From Ignicoccus pacificus DSM 13166 (GTDB taxonomy: Archaea > Thermoproteota > Thermoprotei_A > Sulfolobales > Ignicoccaceae): a stretch of 32,000 bases of DNA. Below the pieces are notes generated by a model, which made no database searches, had not been told where the DNA came from, and saw only the letters and a program-made list of their open reading frames with translations. Each line of letters starts with the position of its first letter. Within the stretch, counting starts at the first letter, position 1. The stretch covers positions 840,001-872,000 of the forward strand of contig CP006868.1 of NCBI GenBank assembly GCA_025340205.1, in the 5' to 3' direction. Shown here in pieces: positions 1 through 8,646 of this stretch. The position numbers and the translations under genes are program-made.

Positions 1-1
1 A

Positions 2-550
2 CCCTACATAGCTTACCAGCTGCTGTGTTACATCTGGCCGGCTCTTGAAGAGCATGAGAAGAAGATGTTGAGGAATAGCATTCTAGCTGTAGTAGGGCTC
101 TTCTTGTTAGGAGAAATATTCGCGTTCACCATAGTCGTGCCCTTTGGATTGAAGCTGGTCGTGATATTCGGACAAGTAGCTGGAGCTGAGGTGAGATGGT
201 GTCTCTCTGACGTTATCAACTTCGTACTCTTCACGGCGATAGTTACTGGTGCTTCGTTCCTATTGCCTATAATAGTATACTACTTGGTCCTTATAGGACT
301 TCTAAGGCCCGAACAACTCAAAGGAAGAAACATGAGGATAGCATTCCTAATAATAATGTTTATCGCTGCCGTGATAACTCCTGGAGGCACCGGAGTTAGC
401 ATGATAGCGATAGGTATACCGATGTTCGTATTGTACTACTTAGCAGTAAGGATGGCAGAGAAAGCAGTAAAAGAGAGAGAAGAGAGGCAGAGAAAACAAC
501 TTGGAGAGCTAGGTAAGGGAGGAGGTATAAAGTTTGAGAGTACCAAGTAA
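2..550 (+). CDS. tatC: Tat translocase subunit TatC, 5'-truncated by the window edge
   Basis: The frame is open from nt 2 (PYIAYQLLCYIWPALEEHEKKML...), which resembles the TatC Y-x-x-W-x-F-I-x-P-x-L-x-x-x-E-K region. Several hydrophobic helices follow, then a charged C-terminal tail, with the stop at 548-550. Confidence 0.75.
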   Translation, partial: PYIAYQLLCYIWPALEEHEKKMLRNSILAVVGLFLLGEIFAFTIVVPFGLKLVVIFGQVAGAEVRWCLSDVINFVLFTAIVTGASFLLPIIVYYLVLIGLLRPEQLKGRNMRIAFLIIMFIAAVITPGGTGVSMIAIGIPMFVLYYLAVRMAEKAVKEREERQRKQLGELGKGGGIKFESTK

Positions 551-609
551 ATTGCGAAAAATAGATAACTTTTAATTAAAATAATCCATGGACCTCCTTG
601 GAGAACAGT

Positions 610-1050
610 ATGAAGTGTTGTCCTGTCCTAACGGTAGATACCGTTGTAATAGATGGTGATAAGGTTCTCTTAGTGAAAAGAGGTGCTGAGCCGTTCAAGG
701 GAAAATGGGCCCTTCCCGGAGGCCATGTAGAGTGTGGTGAGCGCGTTGAGGATGCTGCCTTAAGGGAGCTGAAGGAGGAAACTGGAATAGATGCTGAATT
801 AGTCACCTTACTCTCCGTGTACTCGGATCCTCGTCGAGACCCCAGAGGTCACTACGTCTCAATAGCGTTCATTGCAGTCCCTAAAGAGAAAGGACAAGAG
901 CCTAAGGCATCGACTGATGCAAAGGAGGCCAGATGGTTTAAGATAGGCGAAATTCCTTGGAATGATCTGGCTTTTGATCATGCTCAGATAATCAAAGATG
1001 CATTCCGTATGTTGTTACATCTAAAAAGAGAAGAGGGTTCAACATTTTAG
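610..1050 (+). CDS. NUDIX hydrolase (ADP-ribose pyrophosphatase-like)
   Basis: Complete Nudix box GGHVECGERVEDAALRELKEETGI (G-x5-E-x7-REUxEExGU). The ATG at 610 is preferred over the TTG at 598 because an AT-rich TATA-like element (TTTTAATTAAAATAA, about 571-586) lies about 30 nt upstream. Confidence 0.85.
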   Translation: MKCCPVLTVDTVVIDGDKVLLVKRGAEPFKGKWALPGGHVECGERVEDAALRELKEETGIDAELVTLLSVYSDPRRDPRGHYVSIAFIAVPKEKGQEPKASTDAKEARWFKIGEIPWNDLAFDHAQIIKDAFRMLLHLKREEGSTF

Positions 1051-1085
1051 GTGAACCTAACTCGCAGGAAATACGGTGGTTTTAT

Positions 1086-1934
1086 ATGAAAAGCATGCTA
1101 ATCCTAACCTTGCTTTTGCCGTTCTTAGTGGCCAACACTTTGGTAGCTAGCGTAAGCAGCTTGGCTATGATAGCCTCTTCTGTACTTCCCCAATGGAAAG
1201 TCGTTTCTCTTATGCCACCGGGTGTAAATCCGCTCTTCTGGAAACCCTCTCCCTCCCAAATCACAGAGGCCCTCCGTGCTGACGTATACTTGCAGACAGG
1301 ACATTGGCCATACGAGATCCAAATAGCACAAATGAGAAAGGAAAAGGGATTAGTTACCGTTCCTCCAATTTATGAATTCAAAGATCCTGCCCTCGGTATA
1401 GCAGCATTAGGATTCGCTATATTGAGAATGCCTAACGGTGAACTGAATCCACATGGATGGTGGCTTTACGCTCCCAACGCTTTATCACTTATGAGATCTT
1501 TAGTTATACAATCTTGTCAACTTGAGCCTGCGCATTGTATGAGCTACTTAAAGAATTTCCAAGTTGAAATAGAGAAGGTTAGAGAGGTACTGAAGGAATG
1601 CGTTCCAATATACTATAAGAAGAAAGTTGTAGTTATGATGCCGGTCGAACAATATGCGCTAGCTAACTTCGAGATAAAGGTCCTAAAAGTAGTACAATCA
1701 AAAGGAGCTATACTCAGTGGTCGCGAACTCCGGGAAGCTGTAGATGCTTTAAAGAAGTCCGATGCCTTAGTGATATCAGAAGTCTCAAAAAATGTACCAG
1801 CTACCAAAATAATGGAAACATATGCAAGACGTCTCCATAAACCAGTAATAGAAATAAAGGTGATGTGGGGCAATTGGAAGAGTTATGACATCTACTTGAA
1901 GCAACTTTGTACGGAGCTGAGGGAACTAAGATGA
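1086..1934 (+). CDS. ABC metal (Zn/Mn) transporter substrate-binding protein, ZnuA/TroA-like
   Basis: N-terminal signal/anchor helix, an NPHGWW motif (equivalent to the DPH-x-W metal ligand region of ZnuA/TroA), and an ATGA overlap with the downstream ABC-3 type permease. Confidence 0.6.
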   Translation: MKSMLILTLLLPFLVANTLVASVSSLAMIASSVLPQWKVVSLMPPGVNPLFWKPSPSQITEALRADVYLQTGHWPYEIQIAQMRKEKGLVTVPPIYEFKDPALGIAALGFAILRMPNGELNPHGWWLYAPNALSLMRSLVIQSCQLEPAHCMSYLKNFQVEIEKVREVLKECVPIYYKKKVVVMMPVEQYALANFEIKVLKVVQSKGAILSGRELREAVDALKKSDALVISEVSKNVPATKIMETYARRLHKPVIEIKVMWGNWKSYDIYLKQLCTELRELR

Positions 1935-2782
1935 TAGAGTACGTCATAGCATTAGTGACGTCGGCAATACCCCTCTTCTTGGGAGATGTGGGCGTTGCTT
2001 CTGTGATATTAGCACTCTCGATGATAGCTTCACCTTCTACATGTCCTATCATATGTAACAACATGATAGGAGTATTGATGACATCTGCCTTGCTGGGCGT
2101 CTTAATTAACTTACTTGTGACATTCTTCAACCTAACTTTAATCCAAGGTATAATAACATTAATGATATCTACTATAGTGTTAAGTATTATCTATGCATAC
2201 GGGTTAGAGAAGGATATAATCGAAGAGATAAGCGAGTGGAGTGTCATCGTACTAGTATTGGTCATGGTAGGCACGATGTATCTATCTCCAGAGCTTGGTA
2301 GCCAAGCGATGTATTTCATTGCAGGAGGCATATGGGTGGTTTCAACAGACTTGGCACAAGTCTATTTAATAATTGCTATGAGTATCCTACTTATCTCCGT
2401 AGTCTTAAGAGATCATATAGTAGGCACTATGTTTGATAAGGAATATATACTTGCTGTGGGCTCGAATACATACGTAAGATACTTCATTTTGTCATTCTTG
2501 AGTGTGTTCGGTATAGCTGTTACTGCGTATACCATAGGTCTATTTGCTACGCAGACAGTATTAGTATTACCGGTAATAATCTCCTTGAAAATGCTGAAGA
2601 AAAGCATAGAGGAAATAGTTCCTTATACTTTCGCTATCTCAAATACTCTAATGAGTTTGGGAGCTTATTTGTCAATGATCTATGGTATATCTGCAATAGG
2701 AGCATCCTCTGCAATGATGGTATTATTAATAGTATTACTAAAGTTACGTCATTCCAAGCTAGGCAGGACTAGGAAAACATAG
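1931..2782 (+). CDS. ABC-3 family metal transporter permease, ZnuB-like
   Basis: About 8 hydrophobic helices over 283 aa. The ATG at 1931 overlaps the stop of the binding-protein gene (ATGA). No ATPase gene is adjacent. Confidence 0.55.
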   Translation: MIEYVIALVTSAIPLFLGDVGVASVILALSMIASPSTCPIICNNMIGVLMTSALLGVLINLLVTFFNLTLIQGIITLMISTIVLSIIYAYGLEKDIIEEISEWSVIVLVLVMVGTMYLSPELGSQAMYFIAGGIWVVSTDLAQVYLIIAMSILLISVVLRDHIVGTMFDKEYILAVGSNTYVRYFILSFLSVFGIAVTAYTIGLFATQTVLVLPVIISLKMLKKSIEEIVPYTFAISNTLMSLGAYLSMIYGISAIGASSAMMVLLIVLLKLRHSKLGRTRKT

Positions 2783-2790
2783 GGAGTCTG

Positions 2791-3594
2791 ATGGCAGAGC
2801 TTGCCAACCTGGTGAGTATGCTAAACAAAAAGAAAGAGAGAGTTAAAGTATTTGAGAGAGCTAAGGAAATAGCGACCGCGCAGAGAGATAAGCTAGAAGT
2901 GATAGCTGACGCCGTTATGCATGGAGCTAGGATAAATGGAAAGGAACTTAGTCTAGCAATGGAAGCGTTAATAATAGATCCGCAATATTTCTATTATAAA
3001 AGCACGATAGTGGTCACACCAATAGGCTTCTACCTAACTAAGGGATACGCTCTCGATGAGATATATGCTCTTCCTGGAACTCTTCTTATAGAGGGAGACG
3101 AACTCTTCCTACATCCAGTAGTTCAAGAGTACCATGAATATCTCTTCGGCTACCTACTGGATACTATGGGACCTGGTGAGACGGCTCTCTTTACGCCATG
3201 TTCGAAAGTGAAGCCCTATAGAGACAGCTTCATGTATAAAAAGGTAGAGGCGATAATTGATAGGTATGGTAATGATACTTGGAGGTTCATAGTGGGCGAA
3301 CCGCTAGCTATAGTGCCTAGGTATTTCGACCTCTACTATCCCGCTGCACATTATGATTATCCACCAGAGAAGGTTACTGAAGATGAGTACGAGATATATG
3401 TGAATTTAGTAAAGAAGGCGATTGAGCTGATAGCAACCAAGTTCGAGAGAATAATCTATACGCTCCCTAAGAAGCACAAGAAGGTGTTTGAGGAAGCCCT
3501 TAGAAGAGCTCAAGTTGAGGCCCTTTATAGTCCCTATAATGTCTATTACTTCCCGAGGTTGCGTGAGGTGCTTGTCAGTACCGCCTCCGTCTAG
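2791..3594 (+). CDS. Conserved hypothetical protein with an ArcS/DUF5591-type PCx3KPYx2S motif
   Basis: The 267-aa ORF contains LFTPCSKVKPYRDSFMY, which matches the PC-x3-KPY-x2-S-x2-(H) signature described for archaeosine synthase ArcS, with the final H replaced by Y. No TGT or PUA domain is recognisable. Confidence 0.5.
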   Translation: MAELANLVSMLNKKKERVKVFERAKEIATAQRDKLEVIADAVMHGARINGKELSLAMEALIIDPQYFYYKSTIVVTPIGFYLTKGYALDEIYALPGTLLIEGDELFLHPVVQEYHEYLFGYLLDTMGPGETALFTPCSKVKPYRDSFMYKKVEAIIDRYGNDTWRFIVGEPLAIVPRYFDLYYPAAHYDYPPEKVTEDEYEIYVNLVKKAIELIATKFERIIYTLPKKHKKVFEEALRRAQVEALYSPYNVYYFPRLREVLVSTASV

Positions 3595-3615
3595 TTACGT
3601 CATCTTTATTAAGTA

Positions 3616-4869
3616 TTGCAATTCAAATCCACCCACGAGTGTGGGTGGGAGTTATTGCTCGATATAAAGTCCTTTATAGCAGATAGGGTCTCCTTAATGG
3701 AATCATCCGAGATAAGGGAGATACTCGAACTAACAGAAGGTAAGAATGTAATAAGCCTAGCCGGAGGGTTACCTGATCCGAACTACTTCCCTGTGGATGA
3801 AATGGCCGAGATCGCTAGTGAAATAATCAAGGAATATGGTTCCAGAGCGCTTCAATATAGCGTAACTCGTGGACTAAGGGAGTTTAGAACCGAAATAGTA
3901 AAGTTCATGGAAAGGTCCGGTACCCCGGGCGAGAGACCTTATAATATAATCGTAACCTCGGGTAGTCAACAAGCCTTGAACTTGTTGGCCCAGATATTGG
4001 TAAACCCTGGAGAGATAGTGATAGTTGAAAAACCAACCTACCTAGCTGCCATCAACGTCTTCAAGGCAGTGGGGGCAAGGTTCGAAGGAGTTCCCGTAGA
4101 TAATGAGGGTATGAAAGTAGACGAGTTAGAGGAGAAATTGAAGGCGCTGAAGGCCGACGGAAAGAGAGCTAAGATAGTGTACACCGTTCCTACAGCTCAA
4201 AACCCTTCAGGAGTAAGCATGAGTAATGAGAGAAGAGAAAGGTTGCTCGAGCTGGCTGAGGAGTATGACTTTCTAATTATTGAGGATGATCCCTATAGCC
4301 ACTTCATGTTCGAGGACGTTGATTTCAAAAGGTTGAGGAGTAAGGATAAGTACAGGGTGATATATACTAGCACCTTCAGTAAGATACTAGCTCCAGGGCT
4401 GCGATTGGGATGGGTAGCTGCCCACCCTGACATAATAGACGCGCTAGAAACGGCGAAACAAAACGCTGATTTGCATACCCCTACCTTCAATCAACTCATA
4501 GCTACTGAGGCACTGAAGAGAGGAGTTGTGGACAAGCACATTCCAAAGGTAAAAGAAGCGTACAAGAGAAAGAGGGACGTGATGCTAGAGGCACTTGAGC
4601 AACATATGAGTGGAATGGCTACGTGGACCAAACCAGTTGGGGGGTTATTCATATTCGTATACTTGGACGAGAATATCGACACCAAGGAAATGTTACCTCA
4701 AGCTCTCAGCGCTGGCGTGGCTTACGTGCCAGGAAGCGCCTTCTACATCGACGGTAGTGGAAGGAACACCATGAGATTGAACTTCAGCTACCCCTCAGAG
4801 GAAGAGATAAAGAGCGCTATAGAGAGGCTAGCAAAAGTCGTAAAGGAATATAGTGATAAGCACAAGTGA
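3616..4869 (+). CDS. Class-I PLP-dependent aminotransferase (COG1167/LysN/aromatic aminotransferase-like)
   Basis: SEIREILEL...ISLAGGLPDPNYFP N-terminal signature, PTAQNPSG, and the STFSKILAPGLRLGW lysine motif. The true start is probably the TTG at 3655 (MLDIKSFIADRV...), downstream of the hairpin, rather than the TTG at 3616. Confidence 0.85.
   Translation: MQFKSTHECGWELLLDIKSFIADRVSLMESSEIREILELTEGKNVISLAGGLPDPNYFPVDEMAEIASEIIKEYGSRALQYSVTRGLREFRTEIVKFMERSGTPGERPYNIIVTSGSQQALNLLAQILVNPGEIVIVEKPTYLAAINVFKAVGARFEGVPVDNEGMKVDELEEKLKALKADGKRAKIVYTVPTAQNPSGVSMSNERRERLLELAEEYDFLIIEDDPYSHFMFEDVDFKRLRSKDKYRVIYTSTFSKILAPGLRLGWVAAHPDIIDALETAKQNADLHTPTFNQLIATEALKRGVVDKHIPKVKEAYKRKRDVMLEALEQHMSGMATWTKPVGGLFIFVYLDENIDTKEMLPQALSAGVAYVPGSAFYIDGSGRNTMRLNFSYPSEEEIKSAIERLAKVVKEYSDKHK
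3629..3648. promoter_or_regulatory. Perfect 8-bp stem hairpin (CCACCCAC-GAGT-GTGGGTGG) between the ArcS-like gene and the aminotransferase gene
   Basis: Read directly from the sequence. It lies 35 nt after the upstream stop and just before an in-frame TTG at 3655. Confidence 0.4.
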
Positions 4870-4879
4870 ACCCTAAAAG

Positions 4880-4889
4880 AATTATAATA
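4880..4889 (+). promoter_or_regulatory. TATA-like box (AATTATAATA) for rps15
   Basis: AT-rich element about 35 nt upstream of the ATG at 4920, in an otherwise GC-balanced spacer. Confidence 0.4.
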
Positions 4890-4919
4890 CCTTCTTACAG
4901 ATCCCCCTAGGGGTACGTT

Positions 4920-5399
4920 ATGAACAAGAGGAAGGAAAAAGGTAAGTCCCACTCGAAGAGACCGGTAAGGAACACCCCTCCAAGGTGGATTCAGCTAAAC
5001 CAAGAGGAGATCAAGGCTCTGATAGTGGAACTAGCTAAGAAGGGCTACGGACCTTCTATGATAGGAATAATACTAAGGGATCAGTTTGCTATACCCCTAG
5101 TGAAACCTGTCGTGGGTAAGAAGCTAGTACAAATAATGGAGGAGCAAGGAATAGCTCCTCCCATACCCGAAGACCTCTTCCATTTAATGAGAAGAGCTGT
5201 AAGGGTAAGAGCACATCTCGCCGAGCATCCCAAGGACAAACACTCCGCTAGAGGACTTAACGACATCGAGTCCAAGATAAGGAGGCTAGTTAAGTATTAC
5301 AAGAGGGTTGGCAAACTCCCACCGGACTGGGAGTACGATCCGGAGAGGGCGAGACTACTTGTCCAACAATACTCCGCACTCTTTGAGTCCGGTGCCTAA
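4920..5399 (+). CDS. rps15: 30S ribosomal protein S15 (uS15, archaeal/eukaryotic S13e type)
   Basis: KGKSHSKRP...PRW...[29 protein letters not shown]...[22 protein letters not shown] is the typical archaeal uS15. Confidence 0.95.
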   Translation: MNKRKEKGKSHSKRPVRNTPPRWIQLNQEEIKALIVELAKKGYGPSMIGIILRDQFAIPLVKPVVGKKLVQIMEEQGIAPPIPEDLFHLMRRAVRVRAHLAEHPKDKHSARGLNDIESKIRRLVKYYKRVGKLPPDWEYDPERARLLVQQYSALFESGA

Positions 5400-6696
5400 C
5401 CTCACCACTTTTCTCTCTGAAAATCAAACGGCACAGCAAGCCCTAGAAGCAATAAAAACACTCATAAGCGAGATAAGGGATTATGGTTTTGTAAGGATAT
5501 TCACTCTTCCCACCTTTGAAGAACTAATCGCTGCTTCCCAAGTTCAACAAGTTATGGAAAATAACGATATTCAAGCGCTCGTTGATATATATCCTTTCAA
5601 TTATCCTCCAGAGGACTCGCCTACTATAGTGATCGGAACTAGAATAGGTAAGAGGAGAGCACCTACAATAGAAGTCTCTCCAGGCCCTCTCTTAATGGAA
5701 GAGAGAAGGGTTAGCTTTTGGATAAATAATGGTTCGATAAGTTCTATAATAATAAAAGTACTCGAGGAGATGTTTGTAGTAAAGGAAGAGTATAAGATAT
5801 ATTCTCTAATTGCAGCATACGCTGGTGATCGTGGTGATGTTGGTAGCGGTCTTGATGGATTGATAGTTGAAGATCTAGAGATAGCTGGCATAGTCGAGAA
5901 GAGCTTCACGTTCTCGTTATACAAGTGGAAGAGCCTACCCTTAATACATTCCGTCGCCTATACAGCGGTTCCATACTTCCACGGTCTCTTAGCGTCTCCA
6001 GAGAAAGTGTTAAACTTCTTGAAGGCATCAGGAATAGACATTGAGGAAACTGAAAGATTGTTGGATATGATGACGGAAGAGGAGAAGTTAGTTAATACAT
6101 TAAAAGCCTTAACCGAATATCTAAATAATGTAAGTAAAAGGAAGCGAGAAGTGACAGAAATACTATATGAAGGTGTTGAAGTGAAGGAAGACGCTACGAA
6201 GAACTTCGATGTCCCATCGATATTGATGCATGGTTTCAAGCAAGGAAGTTTGATCTTCCTAGGCGTATCTGACATCTCCTTGTATCATGTAGTTAGCTTA
6301 ATTACCTTGGGTAAATATTACTATAAGGCCGAAGACTTGTATTTGAAGACGATAACGTTTGCATCAAGCGAACTTCCAGCGGCACTAGCTGTTCCGAAAA
6401 GCTACACCGTATCCGGAAGGAGGGGTACATTGTTATTCTTGCCCGAAAAACCTCCCTCTCCAACTTTGCTATATCGTATGGTTAGAGACTTTGGGATAGG
6501 TAGAGAGGCTGCCCATGTTGTGGGATTCAACGCTTCATCGAAGACTATGGTTCCAATAGATTCTCTAAAAAGAGCATCCTTAGATGTAATAGGTATAATC
6601 AGGAGAAGTATCAGTAAGGGCTGGAAAATTGACGGTGGATGCTTGGTGAAAGAAGATGAAGATGGGAGAGAGTTCAAGGAATTGTTATCAAGTTAA
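5392..6696 (+). CDS. Putative RecJ/Cdc45-like protein with a degenerate (non-catalytic) DHH domain; function assigned mainly by synteny
   Basis: A long ORF sits between rps15 and pcc1/rps3ae, the position occupied by RecJ/GAN/Cdc45 homologues in many archaea. No DHH or DHHA1 catalytic motifs are visible. The ATG at 5308 would overlap rps15 by 92 nt, so the in-frame GTG at 5392 (or the TTG at 5383) at the rps15 stop is preferred. Confidence 0.4.
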   Translation: MPNLTTFLSENQTAQQALEAIKTLISEIRDYGFVRIFTLPTFEELIAASQVQQVMENNDIQALVDIYPFNYPPEDSPTIVIGTRIGKRRAPTIEVSPGPLLMEERRVSFWINNGSISSIIIKVLEEMFVVKEEYKIYSLIAAYAGDRGDVGSGLDGLIVEDLEIAGIVEKSFTFSLYKWKSLPLIHSVAYTAVPYFHGLLASPEKVLNFLKASGIDIEETERLLDMMTEEEKLVNTLKALTEYLNNVSKRKREVTEILYEGVEVKEDATKNFDVPSILMHGFKQGSLIFLGVSDISLYHVVSLITLGKYYYKAEDLYLKTITFASSELPAALAVPKSYTVSGRRGTLLFLPEKPPSPTLLYRMVRDFGIGREAAHVVGFNASSKTMVPIDSLKRASLDVIGIIRRSISKGWKIDGGCLVKEDEDGREFKELLSS

Positions 6697-6916
6697 GGTT
6701 AAGTTGGAGATAATAACCGATGACGTCAAAACACTATTCGAATCACTCAAACCAGACGACGTAGAAGTAAGGGGGTTGAATTACAAGTCCTATATCGAAG
6801 AAGGTATGCTAATATATGAGTTTGAAAGCGATCAAATCCTTACTCTAAGGAATGCGCTAGATGATGTTCTGGAAAAAGCATCCCTCGTCGAGGAAGTATT
6901 AAAAGGGACGCAATGA
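6656..6916 (+). CDS. pcc1: KEOPS complex subunit Pcc1-like
   Basis: A small (about 70-86 aa) beta-alpha protein, ...VKLEIITDDVKTLFESLKPDD...LIYEFESDQILTLRNALDDVLEKASLVEEVL, fits the Pcc1/CTAG family pattern (A..LRA.LNS.L). The start may be the TTG at 6704, which avoids overlap with the upstream gene. Confidence 0.5.
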   Translation: MKMGESSRNCYQVKVKLEIITDDVKTLFESLKPDDVEVRGLNYKSYIEEGMLIYEFESDQILTLRNALDDVLEKASLVEEVLKGTQ

Positions 6917-6937
6917 AGCTCAGCGGGGATATCCACA

Positions 6938-7576
6938 GTGTCCGCTAGAAGGAGAATAGGCGGTAAGGATCGATGGAGGATAAAGAAGTGGTATAATATA
7001 GTCACCCCCGAGGTCTTCAATAACGTCATCGTAGGTCAGACCCCAGCAGACGAACCTTGGAAGCTGATAGGAAGGGTCCTCGATACCACCCTCTATGATA
7101 TAACCGGTGATTTTACATATGTTCATGTACACGTATATCTACAAGTAATCGATGTTGATGAGAAGAACTTACAAGTGTTTACTAGGTTCAAGGGCCACGA
7201 ACTCGCTAGGGACTACATAAGAAGCTTGACTAGAAGGAAGAGTTCAAAGGTGGAGGGAATATTTGACGTATGGACTAAGGATGGTTATGGACTTAGGTTA
7301 ACCATAGACACCTTTACCGCCTACCGCTGCCAGACCAGCCAGAAGAAAGCCATAAGGAAGATACAGAAGGAAGTGGTAGAGGAGTTGGTACCTCAGATGA
7401 CTCTAAATGAACTTATCAACGCGATGCTATTCGGTGACTTGAGTGAGGAGATATCCAAAAGAGCTAGGAAGATATATCCAATAAGAAGGACAGAGATCTA
7501 TAAGTCAAAGTTGCTCTATGTCCCTGGAAAGGAGGGTCCGGTTAAGGCTGTCGTGGTCCCCCAGCCTCCTGCCTAA
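6938..7576 (+). CDS. rps3ae: 30S ribosomal protein S3Ae (eS1)
   Basis: GTG start. GGKDRWRIKKWYNIVTPEVF...GRVLDTTLYDITGDF...RFKGHELARDYIRSLTRRKSSK is the typical eS1 sequence. Confidence 0.95.
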   Translation: MSARRRIGGKDRWRIKKWYNIVTPEVFNNVIVGQTPADEPWKLIGRVLDTTLYDITGDFTYVHVHVYLQVIDVDEKNLQVFTRFKGHELARDYIRSLTRRKSSKVEGIFDVWTKDGYGLRLTIDTFTAYRCQTSQKKAIRKIQKEVVEELVPQMTLNELINAMLFGDLSEEISKRARKIYPIRRTEIYKSKLLYVPGKEGPVKAVVVPQPPA

Positions 7577-8300
7577 AGGTACAAGTTTCTTTGAATGGGC
7601 ACTTTTCACATAATGGATTCTTACTCCTGCAGATTCTCCTGCCGAAGAGTATTAAGTACATGTGAGCTTCTAGTTCCTTGCCCTTGAAAAGTTCTGATAA
7701 TTTATTGCTCACCTTATCGTAGCTTCCGGAAGCTAAGCCCAGCCGCTTCGCTATCCTAAAGATGTGCGTATCAACGGGAAATGTTGGATGACCGAAGTTT
7801 AGGAGCACTACGTCAGCTGTTTTCTTACCTATACCCTTTATAGTAAGTAAGTAATCCCTATCTCCCTCTAGAATGGCTTTTGTAACCTCTTCCTTACGTT
7901 TACAAGCCTCTAAAATTGCTCTGGCTTTTGACTTGTACAATCCAGCTGGTCTTATGGCTTCTTCAATTTCTTGAAGTTCCAAATTACAGATATTTTCGAC
8001 GCTTCCAGCTCTCTTCAGTAAATTAAACCATGCCTTAAAGGCATTAGCTTCATTAGTATTTTGAGAGAGAATCGTTGCTATAAGTGTTGCAAGAGGATCT
8101 TTTGTTAACTTATGGACGTAGAAGGCGATGAACTCCCGTTCATTGATAGGTCCTAAAACTTCCTTCAAGACATCTAGCGTCTTCTCAATGCCCTTAACAT
8201 GGTCTCTATTATTTGGAACGGGTTTTGCTCCCTTCTTAGTTTGTCTAATGCTGCGAGCATGTCGTTGAGCGTCTTGAAGTTCAGTACCCAAGCAACCCAT
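7542..8300 (-). CDS. nth: Endonuclease III family HhH-GPD DNA glycosylase with a 4Fe-4S cluster loop
   Basis: LIATILSQNT, the HhH motif IKGIGKKTADVVLL, FPVDTHIFRIAKRLG, and the C-terminal C-x6-C-x2-C-x5-C (CRSKNPLCEKCPFKETC). The start is uncertain: ATG 8300 overlaps the upstream membrane ORF by 127 nt, TTG 8168 gives no overlap, and ATG 8375 is unlikely. The 3' end overlaps rps3ae convergently by 35 nt. Confidence 0.85.
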   Translation of the reverse strand: MGCLGTELQDAQRHARSIRQTKKGAKPVPNNRDHVKGIEKTLDVLKEVLGPINEREFIAFYVHKLTKDPLATLIATILSQNTNEANAFKAWFNLLKRAGSVENICNLELQEIEEAIRPAGLYKSKARAILEACKRKEEVTKAILEGDRDYLLTIKGIGKKTADVVLLNFGHPTFPVDTHIFRIAKRLGLASGSYDKVSNKLSELFKGKELEAHMYLILFGRRICRSKNPLCEKCPFKETCTFRQEAGGPRQP

Positions 8301-8644
8301 CCCGACATGATTATAGCTATAGCGGATAATATCAATATTCCGACAATTTTCATCCCTATTCTCCATGCATACCACTTTTTCTCTATAGGTAGCATTTCCT
8401 TTCTTCTCAAGATAATGTAAGTTATGTCTCTTAGTAATCTATAGAAAAGTTTTGCGTCGAAGTAGAGTAGAATGCCTAGAGGTATAGCTATGCCTAGTGC
8501 GAAGAAGTGTATTTGATGCTTTAATACGAAGTTTATTAGTTCTTGTCTGAACTTAATTATCTCGTATGGTAGTCTCTTTATGAACTCTTGAATTTGTTGG
8601 GGAAACGATTGAGCTAGTACCACGTTAATAATGACCAATATCAT
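8174..8644 (-). CDS. Small integral membrane protein (about 3 TM), unknown function
   Basis: Hydrophobic helices (LAMILVIINVVLAQSF, IHFFALGIAIPLGILLYF, MKIVGILILSAIAIIMSGWVAWVL). The ATG at 8644 lies 2 nt after the stop of the upstream 114-aa ORF (TAG-CG-ATG). The longer start at 8761 would overlap that ORF. Confidence 0.5.
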   Translation of the reverse strand: MILVIINVVLAQSFPQQIQEFIKRLPYEIIKFRQELINFVLKHQIHFFALGIAIPLGILLYFDAKLFYRLLRDITYIILRRKEMLPIEKKWYAWRIGMKIVGILILSAIAIIMSGWVAWVLNFKTLNDMLAALDKLRREQNPFQIIETMLRALRRR

Positions 8645-8646
8645 CG

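Noticed and set aside
5308-5391. ATG at 5308 as the start of the RecJ-like ORF
   Set aside because: It would overlap 92 nt of the highly conserved rps15 coding sequence in another frame. In-frame GTG/TTG codons sit right at the rps15 stop.
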